Shown: positions 48,972 through 59,027 of the stretch, in pieces
Layout: every line of letters starts with the position of its first letter
Numbering within the stretch: the stretch's first letter is position 1
Assembly (NCBI GenBank): GCA_965204795.1
Contig: OZ242012.1
Coordinates: 595,639 to 659,638, forward strand
From: Thermodesulfobacteriota bacterium
Lineage (GTDB): Bacteria; Desulfobacterota_D; UBA1144; Nemesobacterales; Nemesobacteraceae
Length of the DNA: 64,000 nucleotides
Direction: 5' to 3'
Notes under the pieces: model-generated
What the model saw: only the letters and a program-made list of their open reading frames with translations
Databases searched by the model: none
What the model was told of the DNA's origin: nothing
Position numbers and translations under genes: made by a program

Positions 48972-49397
48972 ATGGAAAAAAACGGTTCTCTTCATCACGT
49001 GGCCTTGGCGGTGAGGGACATCGCCGCGGCCGAGGAGCTTTACTCGGAACTGCTGGGTCTTCGGGTCGCGCACAGGGAGGTCGTGGCCGACCAGGGGGTC
49101 AGGACGTCCATGCTTCTTCCCCCGGGCGGCGAGGGCGCGGCGGTGGAGCTTCTCGAACCTCTGGACGAAAACTCCCCGGTTTCGAAATTCCTGGAGAAAA
49201 GGGGAGAGGGAATTCACCACGTGTGCTTTCTGACCGAAGACGTCGAGGCGTCGCTTAGAAGGCTGGAAAAAAAGGGAGTCAAACTCATAGACGAGCATCC
49301 GAGACCCGGGTCCTGCGGCACGGAAGTCGCCTTCATACACCCGAGGTCGATGAACGGAGTGCTCGTGGAACTCGCGCGGAAGACGGAGGGGCGGTAG
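48972..49397 (+). CDS. mce: Methylmalonyl-CoA epimerase (VOC/glyoxalase family)
   Basis: LHHVALAVRDI ... GEGIHHVCF paired VOC modules, 141 aa. Confidence 0.8.
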   Translation: MEKNGSLHHVALAVRDIAAAEELYSELLGLRVAHREVVADQGVRTSMLLPPGGEGAAVELLEPLDENSPVSKFLEKRGEGIHHVCFLTEDVEASLRRLEKKGVKLIDEHPRPGSCGTEVAFIHPRSMNGVLVELARKTEGR

Positions 49398-49431
49398 GTC
49401 CGCGCCAGCTTTTGCCGTCGGCCCCGCTTTT
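49386..49431. repeat. Left copy of an imperfect 45-58 bp direct repeat flanking the inserted cassette (contains mce stop codon plus a degenerate tatA 3' end)
   Basis: ggcggtaggtccgcgcCagcttttgccgtcggccccgctttt. Identical to 51776-51818 except one C/T; upstream of both copies there is a weaker gaag(a/g)... similarity. Confidence 0.8.
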
Positions 49432-49546
49432 CCCGAGTTCGGCGGTCTGGAAAAGTAACATACCGACATCACGCGATTTCATTTTTCGCGAGACGCTGCG
49501 AAACGCCGTTTCCGGATTTTTCAGGCGGTCTAATCCGCCGAACTCG
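49431..49546. repeat. 14-bp perfect inverted repeat enclosing about 88 bp at the left inner end of the cassette
   Basis: cccgagttcggcgg (49431-49444) and ccgccgaactcggg (49533-49546). Confidence 0.6.
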
Positions 49547-49579
49547 GGAGACGAGTAAAGCGCGGCATTGCCAAGGTCT

Positions 49580-50089
49580 TTACGCCAGCTTCAGTCTGCC
49601 TCCGCATTTGATCAATCTGATGGCTTCGGCTTTCCCGTGAAAACCCACCTTGCCGATACTCTTCAGTCTTGTCCTTTCCGCCTTGTTCGGCGACCTGCCG
49701 AAAACCAGGACGGGAAGGAATCTCGCTTTTATGTTCTCCGAAACGATCGTTTCCGCGAAACGGGCCCCGGCTTCAAGCTGCTTGACGACCTCGCCGGCTT
49801 TGTACCTGCCGCTTTTCAGTTCCAACGGCACTATCCAGCCCTTGTTCCCGGCACGGCCCGCCACGAAAAGATAATCGCAGCGGGGCCGGCCCTCGGGAAG
49901 CGGCGAACCCCGCTTGTCGAAATCGATAATCAATTGCGGGGTCGGCGTACTTTCGATCAGCAAACCGCAACCGTCTTTTTCGCACTTTCCACGCCTGCGC
50001 TCGATACACTTGCCGTCGACCTGCCGGCGAAACATCTCCGCGAGTTCCGTCACCGTTTTTGCTCCATTCCGCTGGAGATGTCGGCCCAC
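49580..50089 (-). CDS. Small Cys-rich protein, possible PD-(D/E)xK-like nuclease effector (second gene of cassette)
   Basis: 169 aa. Cys cluster (C-x7-C-x4-C), D(CDYLF) ... IVPLELKSG (D...ExK-like). Overlaps or immediately follows the ATPase gene. Confidence 0.45.
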   Translation of the reverse strand: MGRHLQRNGAKTVTELAEMFRRQVDGKCIERRRGKCEKDGCGLLIESTPTPQLIIDFDKRGSPLPEGRPRCDYLFVAGRAGNKGWIVPLELKSGRYKAGEVVKQLEAGARFAETIVSENIKARFLPVLVFGRSPNKAERTRLKSIGKVGFHGKAEAIRLIKCGGRLKLA

Positions 50090-51552
50090 TTGTTGTGCAG
50101 GGCGACGGCAACGTCGTCAAAATCCGTCGGAAACAGGCCGGATTCTTCGTCGAGAGGAATTTCCTTCACGACCGACCCTTTGGGCCGGCGCTTCCGCTCA
50201 AACAGCCACGCGCCCACCTGGTCGGGTCGCAGTGCTACGTCGTCCTTGTCTATTTTCTTTCTGGCAGACTTGGAAAGTTTGGACAAACGCACCAGGTTGG
50301 CGAGCTCTTCGAGCAGCCATTCGCTGTGAGTGGTGATCATTACCCTGACGCCGGAATTCACCACCGCCGCGATCTGCCGGGCGAACTCCACCTGCATGGC
50401 GGGGTGCAGGTGAGATTCCGGTTCTTCGACGATCAGGACATTTCCCGGAAGGACGATATGCCGAAGGTACAGCGCCACCGGGGCGAGTTCCGATACCATG
50501 GACGAGGCGTTCGTCAGAGGCATGTCCGCCTTCCATCCTTCCGGTCTGTAGGTGAAAACCGGAAAACCGGCCGCCGACCTGCCGACGCGCACCGACCCTC
50601 CGAGAACTCGGTTCTCGATCCGCTCGACCAGGTCGCTTCGGGATGCGCCCCGCCGCTTGCCGTTGGGTTCAATGCTGAAAAGCTGTCGAAGAAAATCCGT
50701 TATGACGCCCGAGGTCACCGGGTCCGGCCGCTGTCCCGTCGACGCGGAACTGATCAGTCCTTGTATGAAAGCCTTGTGCGTGGACATCACGCCGCCGCGG
50801 TCCGCCGGGAGATAGAACGCGGGAAGGTGCAAGGGACCGAATACTTCGGGCAGGTGGACGGCCGCCAGGTCAATGACAAGTTTCAAACACTCTTTCTCGC
50901 TCAGGTCGGTCATTGAAGACGCGGGGAACATCGCCAGGTCGGGCAGCTTTCCGACGCTGCCTGAATCGAGCCGCATCGGAGCGTTCTCGTCCAGGTCGAC
51001 GTCAAGTCCGGTTCCCCGCGAATCGATCGTCAGGACATGCGAAAGCTTTTCCGAATCGTCGGGAAGAGGCTTTCGGAAGACGACGCGCGCTTCGCCGCTC
51101 CCTTTACGGACCAGTTTTCCGGTCTCGCCGCCAAGTTCAAAACACCTGTCAAGTTCGTTGCCAATAGAGTCGCCGAGCTTGTTAAATCCTCTGAATACGG
51201 AACGGACCGTATCCGCGACCCGGGAGGGGACCGAAACATTCCGTTCGTCCGGCGAGCCCGGTCCTCCCGCAGCTATCAGTTCCGCCCATTTGACAAGATC
51301 GTCCCTAGCCTCCCCGCTTAACTTCGATGTTACTCCCTCCGTCGACGACAGAGCGGCGCCCTGAATCGCAGTGTGCGCGTCCAGGCCGAAAAACCTGTGC
51401 AACGCGTAGAGCAGAATCGCCAGATACGACTTGCCCGTGTTGCTCGGTCCCACGAATACGGTCAGGGGACGAAGGTCTATCTTCGCCCTGACAATGGGCC
51501 CGAAATCGTTCACTTCGAGCTCGGAGAAACTTTGGGGTGACGAGTTCTTCAT
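50050..51552 (-). CDS. AAA_15/AAA_21-type ABC ATPase (first gene of cassette)
   Basis: LEVNDFGPI N-terminus, Walker A GPSNTGKSY, Walker B LIVEEPESHLHP, H-loop TTHS. 500 aa from the internal ATG with GAGGAAG SD. The listed ORF extends to 51624. Confidence 0.8.
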   Translation of the reverse strand: MKNSSPQSFSELEVNDFGPIVRAKIDLRPLTVFVGPSNTGKSYLAILLYALHRFFGLDAHTAIQGAALSSTEGVTSKLSGEARDDLVKWAELIAAGGPGSPDERNVSVPSRVADTVRSVFRGFNKLGDSIGNELDRCFELGGETGKLVRKGSGEARVVFRKPLPDDSEKLSHVLTIDSRGTGLDVDLDENAPMRLDSGSVGKLPDLAMFPASSMTDLSEKECLKLVIDLAAVHLPEVFGPLHLPAFYLPADRGGVMSTHKAFIQGLISSASTGQRPDPVTSGVITDFLRQLFSIEPNGKRRGASRSDLVERIENRVLGGSVRVGRSAAGFPVFTYRPEGWKADMPLTNASSMVSELAPVALYLRHIVLPGNVLIVEEPESHLHPAMQVEFARQIAAVVNSGVRVMITTHSEWLLEELANLVRLSKLSKSARKKIDKDDVALRPDQVGAWLFERKRRPKGSVVKEIPLDEESGLFPTDFDDVAVALHNKWADISSGMEQKR

Positions 51553-51775
51553 GTCTTCACTTCCTCGTCCCGACATGCGTCGACCGGACCGACAACGACA
51601 CGAGTCGTTGGGCACTCTCGGCAAACGACGTCAATAGTTTAAACGGCTTCGCCTGATTACCAACAGTCTGCCGTTCCGGCCATGACGTTTCCTTGTTGCC
51701 CCGCGCTTCGCTCGCACTTTGCCATGACTGCTTGCTCCCGGCCTTCCGGCGAGCGGGCGAACCGAAGAAGGAAGA

Positions 51776-51818
51776 AGGCGGTAGGTCCGCGCTAGCTTTT
51801 GCCGTCGGCCCCGCTTTT
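51776..51818. repeat. Right copy of the direct repeat (contains the intact tatA 3' end on the minus strand plus a degenerate mce 3' end)
   Basis: ggcggtaggtccgcgcTagcttttgccgtcggccccgctttt. The reverse strand encodes ...GADGKS-stop of tatA. Confidence 0.8.
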
Positions 51819-51983
51819 TTCCCCGGCGCTCTCGGCCGGGTCGTCTTCCCTGAGAGACTTCCTGAATCCCCTTATTCCCCTGCCGAGGGAGGAGCCGATG
51901 TCCCCGAGCCTGCTGGGGCCGAAGATGACCAGCAGGATGGCCAGTATTATGGCCAGTTCCCATATGCCGAATTGTCCGAACAT
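51792..51983 (-). CDS. tatA: Sec-independent protein translocase TatA
   Basis: MFGQFGIWELAIILAILLVIFGPSRL, 63 aa. Confidence 0.85.
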   Translation of the reverse strand: MFGQFGIWELAIILAILLVIFGPSRLGDIGSSLGRGIRGFRKSLREDDPAESAGEKSGADGKS

Positions 51984-52038
51984 GATCGGACAATACGATA
52001 CCCTAACCGGGGCTTATCTCAAATCCCGCCCGCGCCGG

Positions 52039-54126
52039 TCATATCTTCGAGAAGTCGGCCACGGAGAAAAACAGGTCCTTTACGTCGCCCAGAAGGGCGA
52101 GGCGGTTGTTCCTGGTCCTTTCGTTTTCGTCCATGACCATCACCGCGTCGAAAAAACGGTCTATGGGACCGGAAAGCGTCCCCAGGTGCCCGAGGCAGGC
52201 GAGGTAGTCCCTCTCGCCGGGAGTCTTCGAGGGAGCGGAGAGCCTCGCGTCGACGGCCTTACGGGCCCTCTCAAGGGCTTTCGCGAGATCCTTTTCCTCC
52301 TTCTCGACCAGGAGCCCTCGGCTGAGCTTCGCCGGGGGTCTTTTCTTCGCTATGTTGAAAACCCTCTTGAAGCCCGTGGAGAGTTTTCCGAAGTCCCCGC
52401 CGCCGGCGAATTTCGAAAGCGCCGCGGTTCTCCTGTACGCGTCCAGCGGACTGTCGAAGCCGGCCGAGACCACCGCTTCCACGACGTTTCTGCCGAAGCC
52501 CGATTCCGTCATCAGGTTCCTGAACCTCTCGGAGAAAAATCCTAGGACGTCCTTTTGGAGGTCGGCCACCGCCGCGCCCTTCGGTTTCTTTTTCCCGTTC
52601 ATGGAGCCGGCGACCAGGCGCATGCTTTTCGCGAAGGCGTCGGAGAGGGAGAGGTCGAGCTTTTTCTCGACGCATATTCTTATTATTCCCAGGGCGCTTC
52701 GCCTGACCGCGTAGGGGTCGGAAGATCCCGTGGGCGCGAGCCCCGCGGCGAAGCAGGAGGATACGTTGTCGATCTTGTCGACCAGGCCCAGAAGCGCTCC
52801 GGTTTTCGTTCTAGGAAGCGGACCGTTTCTCGAAAGGGGCATGTACTGCTCCTCTATCGCGGCCGCCACGGCTTTTTTCTCCCCGCCGCGCAGGGCGTAG
52901 TGCCTGCCCATCACTCCCTGGAGTTCGGGAAACTCGAACACCATCTGGGTGGCGAGATCGCATTTCGAAAGTTCCGCGGCGCGCTGCAGGTCGGGGTCCG
53001 CGAACAGCGCGCGCGCAAGCGCCTTCATGCGCCCGACCTTGGCCCCGTAGCTTCCCACGTCGGAGAGAAACACCATGGCGTCGAGGTCTTTGGAGTAGCT
53101 TGCGAGATCTTTTCCCGCGTCTTCGGAGAAAAAGAATTCCGCGTCGCTGAGCCTTGCCCTTATCACCCTCTCGTTTCCCCTAACGACCGTCTTTTTGTTC
53201 CTGACCGGGGTTCCGCAGACGAACACGAAGTTCGAAAGCAGCTTGCCGGTTTTCTCCGAGCGTACGGGAAAGTACTTCTGGTGGGTCTTCATGACGCTTT
53301 CGAGCACCTCTTCGGGAAGGCGAAGGTACTTCTTCTCGAATTCTCCGACGAGCACCGTGGGATGCTCGACCAGGTTCACCACGGTTTCGAGCAGCCCGGG
53401 ATCCTCCTCCACCGTTCCCCCGATTCTTTTCGCCGCCGTCGCCGTGCGCCTCGTCACGATCCGCTTTCTTTTCCGCGGGTCGAGCATCACGTCGTTTTTC
53501 CCGAGGGTCTCGACGTACTCCGTCCAGCTTCTCACGCGAAACGGCCCGGGGGAGGTGAACCTGTGTCCGAAACTCACGTCGGAACTGCCGACGTCCCCGA
53601 CGGCGAACCTCACCGTCTTTCCCTCGTAGACGGCCGCTATCCACCTCACGGGTCTGGCGAAGACGGTCTTGCCGCCGCCCCATCTCATGGATTTTCTGAA
53701 GGGAATCGACGAAACGGCCCGGGGAAGGATCTCCCTGAGCGCGGACGAGGTCTTTTTCCCCCTGGAGGTTTTTCTCACGCAGAGAAACTCCCCGTTGTCC
53801 CTCCTGGCGACGACGAGGTCGTCGACGCCGACTTTGCGGGACCTCGCGAATCCCAGGGCCGCCGCCGTGGGTTTTCCGTCCTCGTCGAAGGCCGCCCGCA
53901 CGGGCGGTCCGAAGCTCTCGGAGACGCGGTCCTTCTGCTTTCTCTCGAGGCCGCTTACCCGCGCCGCGAGTCTTCTAGGGGTGTAGAGCACCTCTATCTC
54001 CCCGAACTCGATGCCGTTGTCCCGAAACTCCCCCCCGAGCAGGGAGCGCAGGTCCGCGCCCGCCTTTTCGAGAAACAGCGCGGGTATCTCCTCCGTTCCG
54101 ATTTCCAGTATCAGCTCTTTTTCCAT
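52039..54126 (-). CDS. glyS: Glycyl-tRNA synthetase beta subunit
   Basis: Start at [15 protein letters not shown]. The longer listed ORF (to 54612) has an arginine-rich nonsense N-terminus and overlaps glyQ. Confidence 0.9.
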   Translation of the reverse strand: MEKELILEIGTEEIPALFLEKAGADLRSLLGGEFRDNGIEFGEIEVLYTPRRLAARVSGLERKQKDRVSESFGPPVRAAFDEDGKPTAAALGFARSRKVGVDDLVVARRDNGEFLCVRKTSRGKKTSSALREILPRAVSSIPFRKSMRWGGGKTVFARPVRWIAAVYEGKTVRFAVGDVGSSDVSFGHRFTSPGPFRVRSWTEYVETLGKNDVMLDPRKRKRIVTRRTATAAKRIGGTVEEDPGLLETVVNLVEHPTVLVGEFEKKYLRLPEEVLESVMKTHQKYFPVRSEKTGKLLSNFVFVCGTPVRNKKTVVRGNERVIRARLSDAEFFFSEDAGKDLASYSKDLDAMVFLSDVGSYGAKVGRMKALARALFADPDLQRAAELSKCDLATQMVFEFPELQGVMGRHYALRGGEKKAVAAAIEEQYMPLSRNGPLPRTKTGALLGLVDKIDNVSSCFAAGLAPTGSSDPYAVRRSALGIIRICVEKKLDLSLSDAFAKSMRLVAGSMNGKKKPKGAAVADLQKDVLGFFSERFRNLMTESGFGRNVVEAVVSAGFDSPLDAYRRTAALSKFAGGGDFGKLSTGFKRVFNIAKKRPPAKLSRGLLVEKEEKDLAKALERARKAVDARLSAPSKTPGERDYLACLGHLGTLSGPIDRFFDAVMVMDENERTRNNRLALLGDVKDLFFSVADFSKI

Positions 54127-54998
54127 GGGTTGTTCCCGAGAAGGGGAAATCCCAGGCTCTCCCTCGTGCGCAGGTAGGCCGACGCGCAGAGATTGGCAAG
54201 CGCCCTCACGCGGGCTATGTACGACGCCCTCTCGGCCACCCCGATGGCTCCTCTCGCGTCCAGGAGGTTGAACGTGTGGGAGGTCTTCAGGCAGTACTCG
54301 TAGGCGGGAAGGGGAAGGTCCTTTTCCACCAGCGAGCGGCATTCCTTTTCGTACATGCCGAAAAGCTCCATGAGCATCGCGGGGTCGGACTCCTCGAAGT
54401 TGTACCTCGAGGACTGCACCTCGTTCTGGTGATGCATCTCTCCGTAGGTTATCCCCCTGGTCCACTCGAGGTCGTAGACGCTTTCGGCCTCCTGGAGGTA
54501 CATCGCTATTCTTTCCGTTCCGTAGGTGATCTCCGCCGACACCGGGTCGAGGTCTATTCCGCCCGCCTGCTGGAAGTATGTGAACTGGGTTATCTCCATG
54601 CCGTCGAGCCACACCTCCCAGCCGAGTCCCCAGGCTCCCAGGGTGGGAGACTCCCAGTCGTCCTCAACGAACCTTATGTCGTGCTCCAGCGGGTCTATTC
54701 CGAACGATTTCAGGCTGTCGAGATAGAGCTGCTGTATGTCGTCGGGAGAAGGTTTTATGAGCACCTGGAACTGGTAGTAGTGCTGGAGCCTGTTGGGATT
54801 GTCCCCGTATCTTCCGTCCGCGGGTCTTCTGGAAGGCTCAACGTACGCCGCGTGCCAGGGCTCGGGGCCGAGGCACCTGAGAAAGGTGGCGGGATGAAAG
54901 GTTCCGGCTCCTTTCTCCGTGTCGTAGGGCTGCACCACGAGGCAGCCCCTGGATGACCAGTAGTCCTGGAGGGCCAGGATGAGTTCCTGATAGGTCAT
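54111..54998 (-). CDS. glyQ: Glycyl-tRNA synthetase alpha subunit
   Basis: [19 protein letters not shown] canonical N-terminus. Confidence 0.9.
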   Translation of the reverse strand: MTYQELILALQDYWSSRGCLVVQPYDTEKGAGTFHPATFLRCLGPEPWHAAYVEPSRRPADGRYGDNPNRLQHYYQFQVLIKPSPDDIQQLYLDSLKSFGIDPLEHDIRFVEDDWESPTLGAWGLGWEVWLDGMEITQFTYFQQAGGIDLDPVSAEITYGTERIAMYLQEAESVYDLEWTRGITYGEMHHQNEVQSSRYNFEESDPAMLMELFGMYEKECRSLVEKDLPLPAYEYCLKTSHTFNLLDARGAIGVAERASYIARVRALANLCASAYLRTRESLGFPLLGNNPWKKS

Positions 54999-55032
54999 GA
55001 CGGGCAAAGATACTACCATCAAAACGCGATAA

Positions 55033-56373
55033 TCAAACACCGCCGGGGGCGCGCGCCGCGCGGGCGTATTCGCGTATGCCCTCAAGCGACCTGCGCGCCA
55101 CCAGTTCGCGTCGCCGCCGCCTGGACATCTTCCCCCCGACCCTCGGAAAGAGGCCGAAGTTTATGTTCATCGGCTGAAATTCCGCCCCGCCGCCCGAGCG
55201 GACGTATTCCAGCAGGGAGCCTATGGCGGTTTCCCTGGCGGGAAAGACGGGCGGAAGCCCCAGGGCCTTTCTCGCGGCGTTCGTTCCGCACACGATCCCC
55301 GTCGCCGCCGACTCCGCGTAGCCTTCGACCCCCGTTATCTGTCCCGCGAAAAACACGTTCCTTCGGGAGCGAAGCGAAAGATCCCCCTCGAGCAGCCGCG
55401 GGGAGTCCATGTAGGTGTTTCTGTGCACGCTTCCGTACCTGAGAAACTCCGCCTCCTCCAGTCCCGGAATCTTTCTGAACGCCTCTCTCTGGTGGGGATA
55501 GCGAAGCCTGGTCTGGAAACCGACCATGTTGTACATGGTTCCCGCGGCGTTTTCCGTCCGCAGCTGGACCGCCGCGAAGGGAATCTTTCCCGTCTTCGGG
55601 TCGACGAGCCCGACTGGCCTTAGGGGACCGAAGCGAAGCGTCTCCCGCCCGCGCTCGCACATGGTCTCCACGGGCATGCAGCCCTCGAAGTAGACGGCCT
55701 TCTCGAAATCCCTCGGCTCGACCTTCTCTGCCCGCAGCAGGTCGTCGACGAGCCCGTGGTACCCCTCCCGCGAAAGCGGGCAGTTCAGATAGTCTCCCTC
55801 TCCCGCCTCGCCGTACCTCGATCCCCGAAAGACCTTCGAGGTGTCTATGCTCTCGGCGTCGATTATCGGGGAGATGGCGTCGTAGAAATACAGGCGCCGG
55901 GCCCCGGCGAGCGAGGAGATCTCCCCGCAGAGCGCCTCGGAGGTGAGCGGGCCCGTGGCCACTATCGCGATTTCCCGCCCTTCGGCGGGCAGGCTGTCGG
56001 CCTCCCGCCTTATCACGTCCACGAGCGGGTTTCGCTCCGTTTCGCGCGTCACGTAGTCGGAAAACGCCTTCCTGTCCACCGCGAGCGCCTTTCCCGCCGG
56101 AACCCTCGACGCCTCGGCCGCCTCGATCACCAGGGATCCGAGCTCCCTCATCTCCCTTTTCAGTATTCCCGAGGCGTTCTCCACGGAGGACGACTTGAGC
56201 GAATTGCTGCACACAAGCTCGGCGAGTCCCGGGGTCGTGTGCGCCGCGGTGGTCTTCGCGGGCCTCATCTCGTAGAGCCTCGCGCGGATTCCGAACCCGG
56301 CGATCCGACGCGCCGCCTCGACTCCCGCGAGTCCCCCGCCGATTACCGTTATGGAAAGGTTTCTGGCGTTCAT
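55033..56373 (-). CDS. trmFO: Methylenetetrahydrofolate--tRNA-(uracil54-C5)-methyltransferase
   Basis: [17 protein letters not shown] fold, GidA-like small-form architecture (446 aa). Confidence 0.9.
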   Translation of the reverse strand: MNARNLSITVIGGGLAGVEAARRIAGFGIRARLYEMRPAKTTAAHTTPGLAELVCSNSLKSSSVENASGILKREMRELGSLVIEAAEASRVPAGKALAVDRKAFSDYVTRETERNPLVDVIRREADSLPAEGREIAIVATGPLTSEALCGEISSLAGARRLYFYDAISPIIDAESIDTSKVFRGSRYGEAGEGDYLNCPLSREGYHGLVDDLLRAEKVEPRDFEKAVYFEGCMPVETMCERGRETLRFGPLRPVGLVDPKTGKIPFAAVQLRTENAAGTMYNMVGFQTRLRYPHQREAFRKIPGLEEAEFLRYGSVHRNTYMDSPRLLEGDLSLRSRRNVFFAGQITGVEGYAESAATGIVCGTNAARKALGLPPVFPARETAIGSLLEYVRSGGGAEFQPMNINFGLFPRVGGKMSRRRRRELVARRSLEGIREYARAARAPGGV

Positions 56374-56523
56374 GGCGAAAACCCCGAATCCCGGGTCCTC
56401 CGCCCCGGCTCCGGCGGGGCGACGTCCAAGATTCTACCCGTTTTCGGAGCGCGGGGTTTTCGCCGGGAGCGGGGGATAATTGTTTTCTTTTTTCATATTG
56501 GTTATTTAATTCTGCTTGGGACG

Positions 56524-57177
56524 ATGAGCTACGGAGCGGTTGTATTCGATCTTGACGGAACCCTGATAGACTCTCTCGACGACCTTGCCGACGCCGTCAA
56601 CCGCGCGCTCGGCATGAACGGTTTTCCCGCGCGCGGCGTCGGGTGCTTTCGCTACTTCATAGGCGGGGGCACGGAGAACATGGTGCGCAGGGCGCTTCCG
56701 GAGAGCGGAAGGGACGAGAAGACGGTAAGGAAGTGCCTAGGCGACTTCAACCGCGTCTACGGCGAGAGGTTCAACGTGAAGACCAGGCTCTACGAGGGCA
56801 TACCGGAACTTCTGGACGAGATTTCGGCCAGGGGAATGAAAAAGGCCATTCTCACCAACAAGCCCCACGGGTTCGCCGAAAAGTACGTGGAGGCGCTGCT
56901 TTCGGACTGGAGCTTCGAGGCGGTCGTGGGCCAGAGGGAGGAGCTGCCGAGAAAGCCCGACCCTTCGGGAGCCCTGGGCATATCGAGGGAACTCGGAGTG
57001 AGCTCCTCGGAGACGGTCTACCTCGGCGATTCCGGCGTGGACATGATGACGGCCGTGGGGGCGGGGATGCTTCCCGTGGGCGTTCTCTGGGGATTTCGCA
57101 CGGGGGAGGAGCTTCGGGAAAACGGGGCGAAGCACCTCATAGAGAGTCCCATGGAGCTTTTTTCCGTGATCGGCTGA
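56524..57177 (+). CDS. gph: HAD-superfamily hydrolase (phosphoglycolate phosphatase-like)
   Basis: VVFDLDGTLIDS motif I, TNKP motif II, GDSGVDM motif III/IV. Confidence 0.8.
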   Translation: MSYGAVVFDLDGTLIDSLDDLADAVNRALGMNGFPARGVGCFRYFIGGGTENMVRRALPESGRDEKTVRKCLGDFNRVYGERFNVKTRLYEGIPELLDEISARGMKKAILTNKPHGFAEKYVEALLSDWSFEAVVGQREELPRKPDPSGALGISRELGVSSSETVYLGDSGVDMMTAVGAGMLPVGVLWGFRTGEELRENGAKHLIESPMELFSVIG

Positions 57178-57193
57178 AAGGACGGACGACGCT

Positions 57194-58345
57194 ATGGCTT
57201 GCGACCTTGGAGAGGTGAGACTCGGGATTCTGGGAGGAGGGCAGCTGGGAAAGATGCTCTGCCTCGAGGCGAGCAGGTGGAACCTTCGCACCCACGTGCT
57301 CGACCCTTCCCCCGACTGTCCCGCGGCGACCGTCTGCACGAGGTTTTTCCGGGGCGATTTCAGGGACTTCGAGGACGTCTGCGCTTTCGGCGAAAACGTC
57401 GACGTCCTGACCATAGAGATAGAGAACGTGAACCTCGAGGCGCTTTTCCGGCTGCGGGAGCGGGGAGTGGCCGTGAGGCCCGAACCCGGCGCCGTGGAAC
57501 TCATACAGGACAAGGCGAAGCAGAAAGGGTTCTACGTCTCCCGGGGTCTTCCGACGGCGGATTTTTCGGTTTTTCCGGGAAGGGACGAGATAGCCGCGGC
57601 CGCGGCGCGGGGAGAGGTTAAGGTTCCCTTCGTCCAGAAGCTATCGAGAACCGGCTACGACGGAAGGGGAGTGCGGGTGGTGAGGGACGAGGCCGACCTG
57701 GGGGACCTTCTCGACGGGGAGTCTGTCGTCGAGGACCTGGTCGACGTGGAGAAGGAGATTTCCGTTATAGCGTCGCGAAATCCGGCTGGGCGGACCATGT
57801 GCTTTCCCCCGGTCGAGATGATGTTCGACGGCCGCGCGAACATAGTGGAGTTTCTGGTGAGTCCCTGCGATATTTCCCCGCGGCTCGGCGAGGAGGCCCG
57901 CCGTCTCGCCGAGCGCGCGATAGAGGCGTTCGACATGTGCGGCCTGCTGGCCGTCGAGATGTTTCTCCGCGCCGACGGGAAGCTGCTGATAAACGAGTCC
58001 GCCCCCAGGCCGCACAACAGCGGCCACCATACGATCGACGCGTCGCGCACCTCGCAGTACGAGCAGTGCCTTCGGGCGGTTCTCGATCTTCCTCCCGGAA
58101 GCACCGAGACCGGAACCCCCGCGGTCATGATAAACATACTGGGCCAGCCGGGTTTCGAGGGAGACGTCAGGTACGAGGGTCTTTGCGACTGCATGGAGAT
58201 CGAGGGAGCGAAGTTTCACATCTACGGCAAGACCCGCACGAAACCCTACAGGAAGATGGGACACGTGACTGTGCTTGAAAGCGACGTCTCGCAAGCTCTG
58301 GAGAAGGCGAGGTTCATAAAGAAAAACCTGAGGGCGATAGCGTGA
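57194..58345 (+). CDS. purK: N5-carboxyaminoimidazole ribonucleotide synthase
   Basis: ATP-grasp fold, [14 protein letters not shown]-terminus. Confidence 0.9.
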   Translation: MACDLGEVRLGILGGGQLGKMLCLEASRWNLRTHVLDPSPDCPAATVCTRFFRGDFRDFEDVCAFGENVDVLTIEIENVNLEALFRLRERGVAVRPEPGAVELIQDKAKQKGFYVSRGLPTADFSVFPGRDEIAAAAARGEVKVPFVQKLSRTGYDGRGVRVVRDEADLGDLLDGESVVEDLVDVEKEISVIASRNPAGRTMCFPPVEMMFDGRANIVEFLVSPCDISPRLGEEARRLAERAIEAFDMCGLLAVEMFLRADGKLLINESAPRPHNSGHHTIDASRTSQYEQCLRAVLDLPPGSTETGTPAVMINILGQPGFEGDVRYEGLCDCMEIEGAKFHIYGKTRTKPYRKMGHVTVLESDVSQALEKARFIKKNLRAIA

Positions 58346-58872
58346 AGCCTCCCGAAGTGAGCGTCATCATGGGTTCGGATTCCGACCTCGAGGTCATGGC
58401 CCAAGCGTGCGAGGCGCTCGAGGAGTTCGGCGTGGGCTACGAGGTGACGGTGGTCTCCGCCCACAGGACCCCCGGGCGGCTTTTCGATTTTTCCTCAAAC
58501 GCCCACCTGCGGGGAATCAGGGTGATAATAGCCGGGGCGGGAGGAGCCGCCCACCTGCCCGGGATGGTGGCTTCCGTCTCTCCCCTTCCGGTGATAGGAG
58601 TTCCGATAAGGTCCTCCAACTCGATCGACGGGTGGGATTCGGTGCTCTCCATACTGCAGATGCCGGACGGCGTTCCCGTTGCCACGGTCGCTCTGGGCGG
58701 CGCGAAAAACGCGGGAATCCTCGCCGTCGAGATTCTCTCCGCTGGCGACCCGACGCTTCTCGAAAAGCTGCTCGAGCGCAAAAAGAGGCTTTCTTCGGAA
58801 GTCGGAACAAAGGCCGCGGAGCTCGAACGTCTGGGCGCGCGTGCCTACCTCGAAAGAAAAAAGGCGGACTGA
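58342..58872 (+). CDS. purE: N5-CAIR mutase
   Basis: GTG start overlapping the purK stop; [14 protein letters not shown] ... [12 protein letters not shown]. Confidence 0.9.
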   Translation: MKPPEVSVIMGSDSDLEVMAQACEALEEFGVGYEVTVVSAHRTPGRLFDFSSNAHLRGIRVIIAGAGGAAHLPGMVASVSPLPVIGVPIRSSNSIDGWDSVLSILQMPDGVPVATVALGGAKNAGILAVEILSAGDPTLLEKLLERKKRLSSEVGTKAAELERLGARAYLERKKAD

Positions 58873-58937
58873 CCGGACGGTCTTCACTGCGGTCCCGCGT
58901 ACCCGTTTTCCGGCCCGCGGCGGGCTGCCACGCCGGC

Positions 58938-58967
58938 TTGCCAACATCCCACGAACAGAGTTATAAT
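58938..58967 (+). promoter_or_regulatory. Candidate sigma70-like promoter of the giant adhesin gene
   Basis: TTGCCA, 18-nt spacer, TATAAT, about 100 nt upstream of the ATG. Confidence 0.35.
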
Positions 58968-59027
58968 AAAAGCAGGTAGTTGGAGAGAGATTGTGGTTGT
59001 GGCTGAGGAAAGTTTTGCGGTTGCGGC

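Noticed and set aside
58873-58935. Intrinsic terminator after purE (gcccgcggcgggc)
   Set aside because: The stem is short with a 1-nt loop and no following U-tract. It is not convincing.
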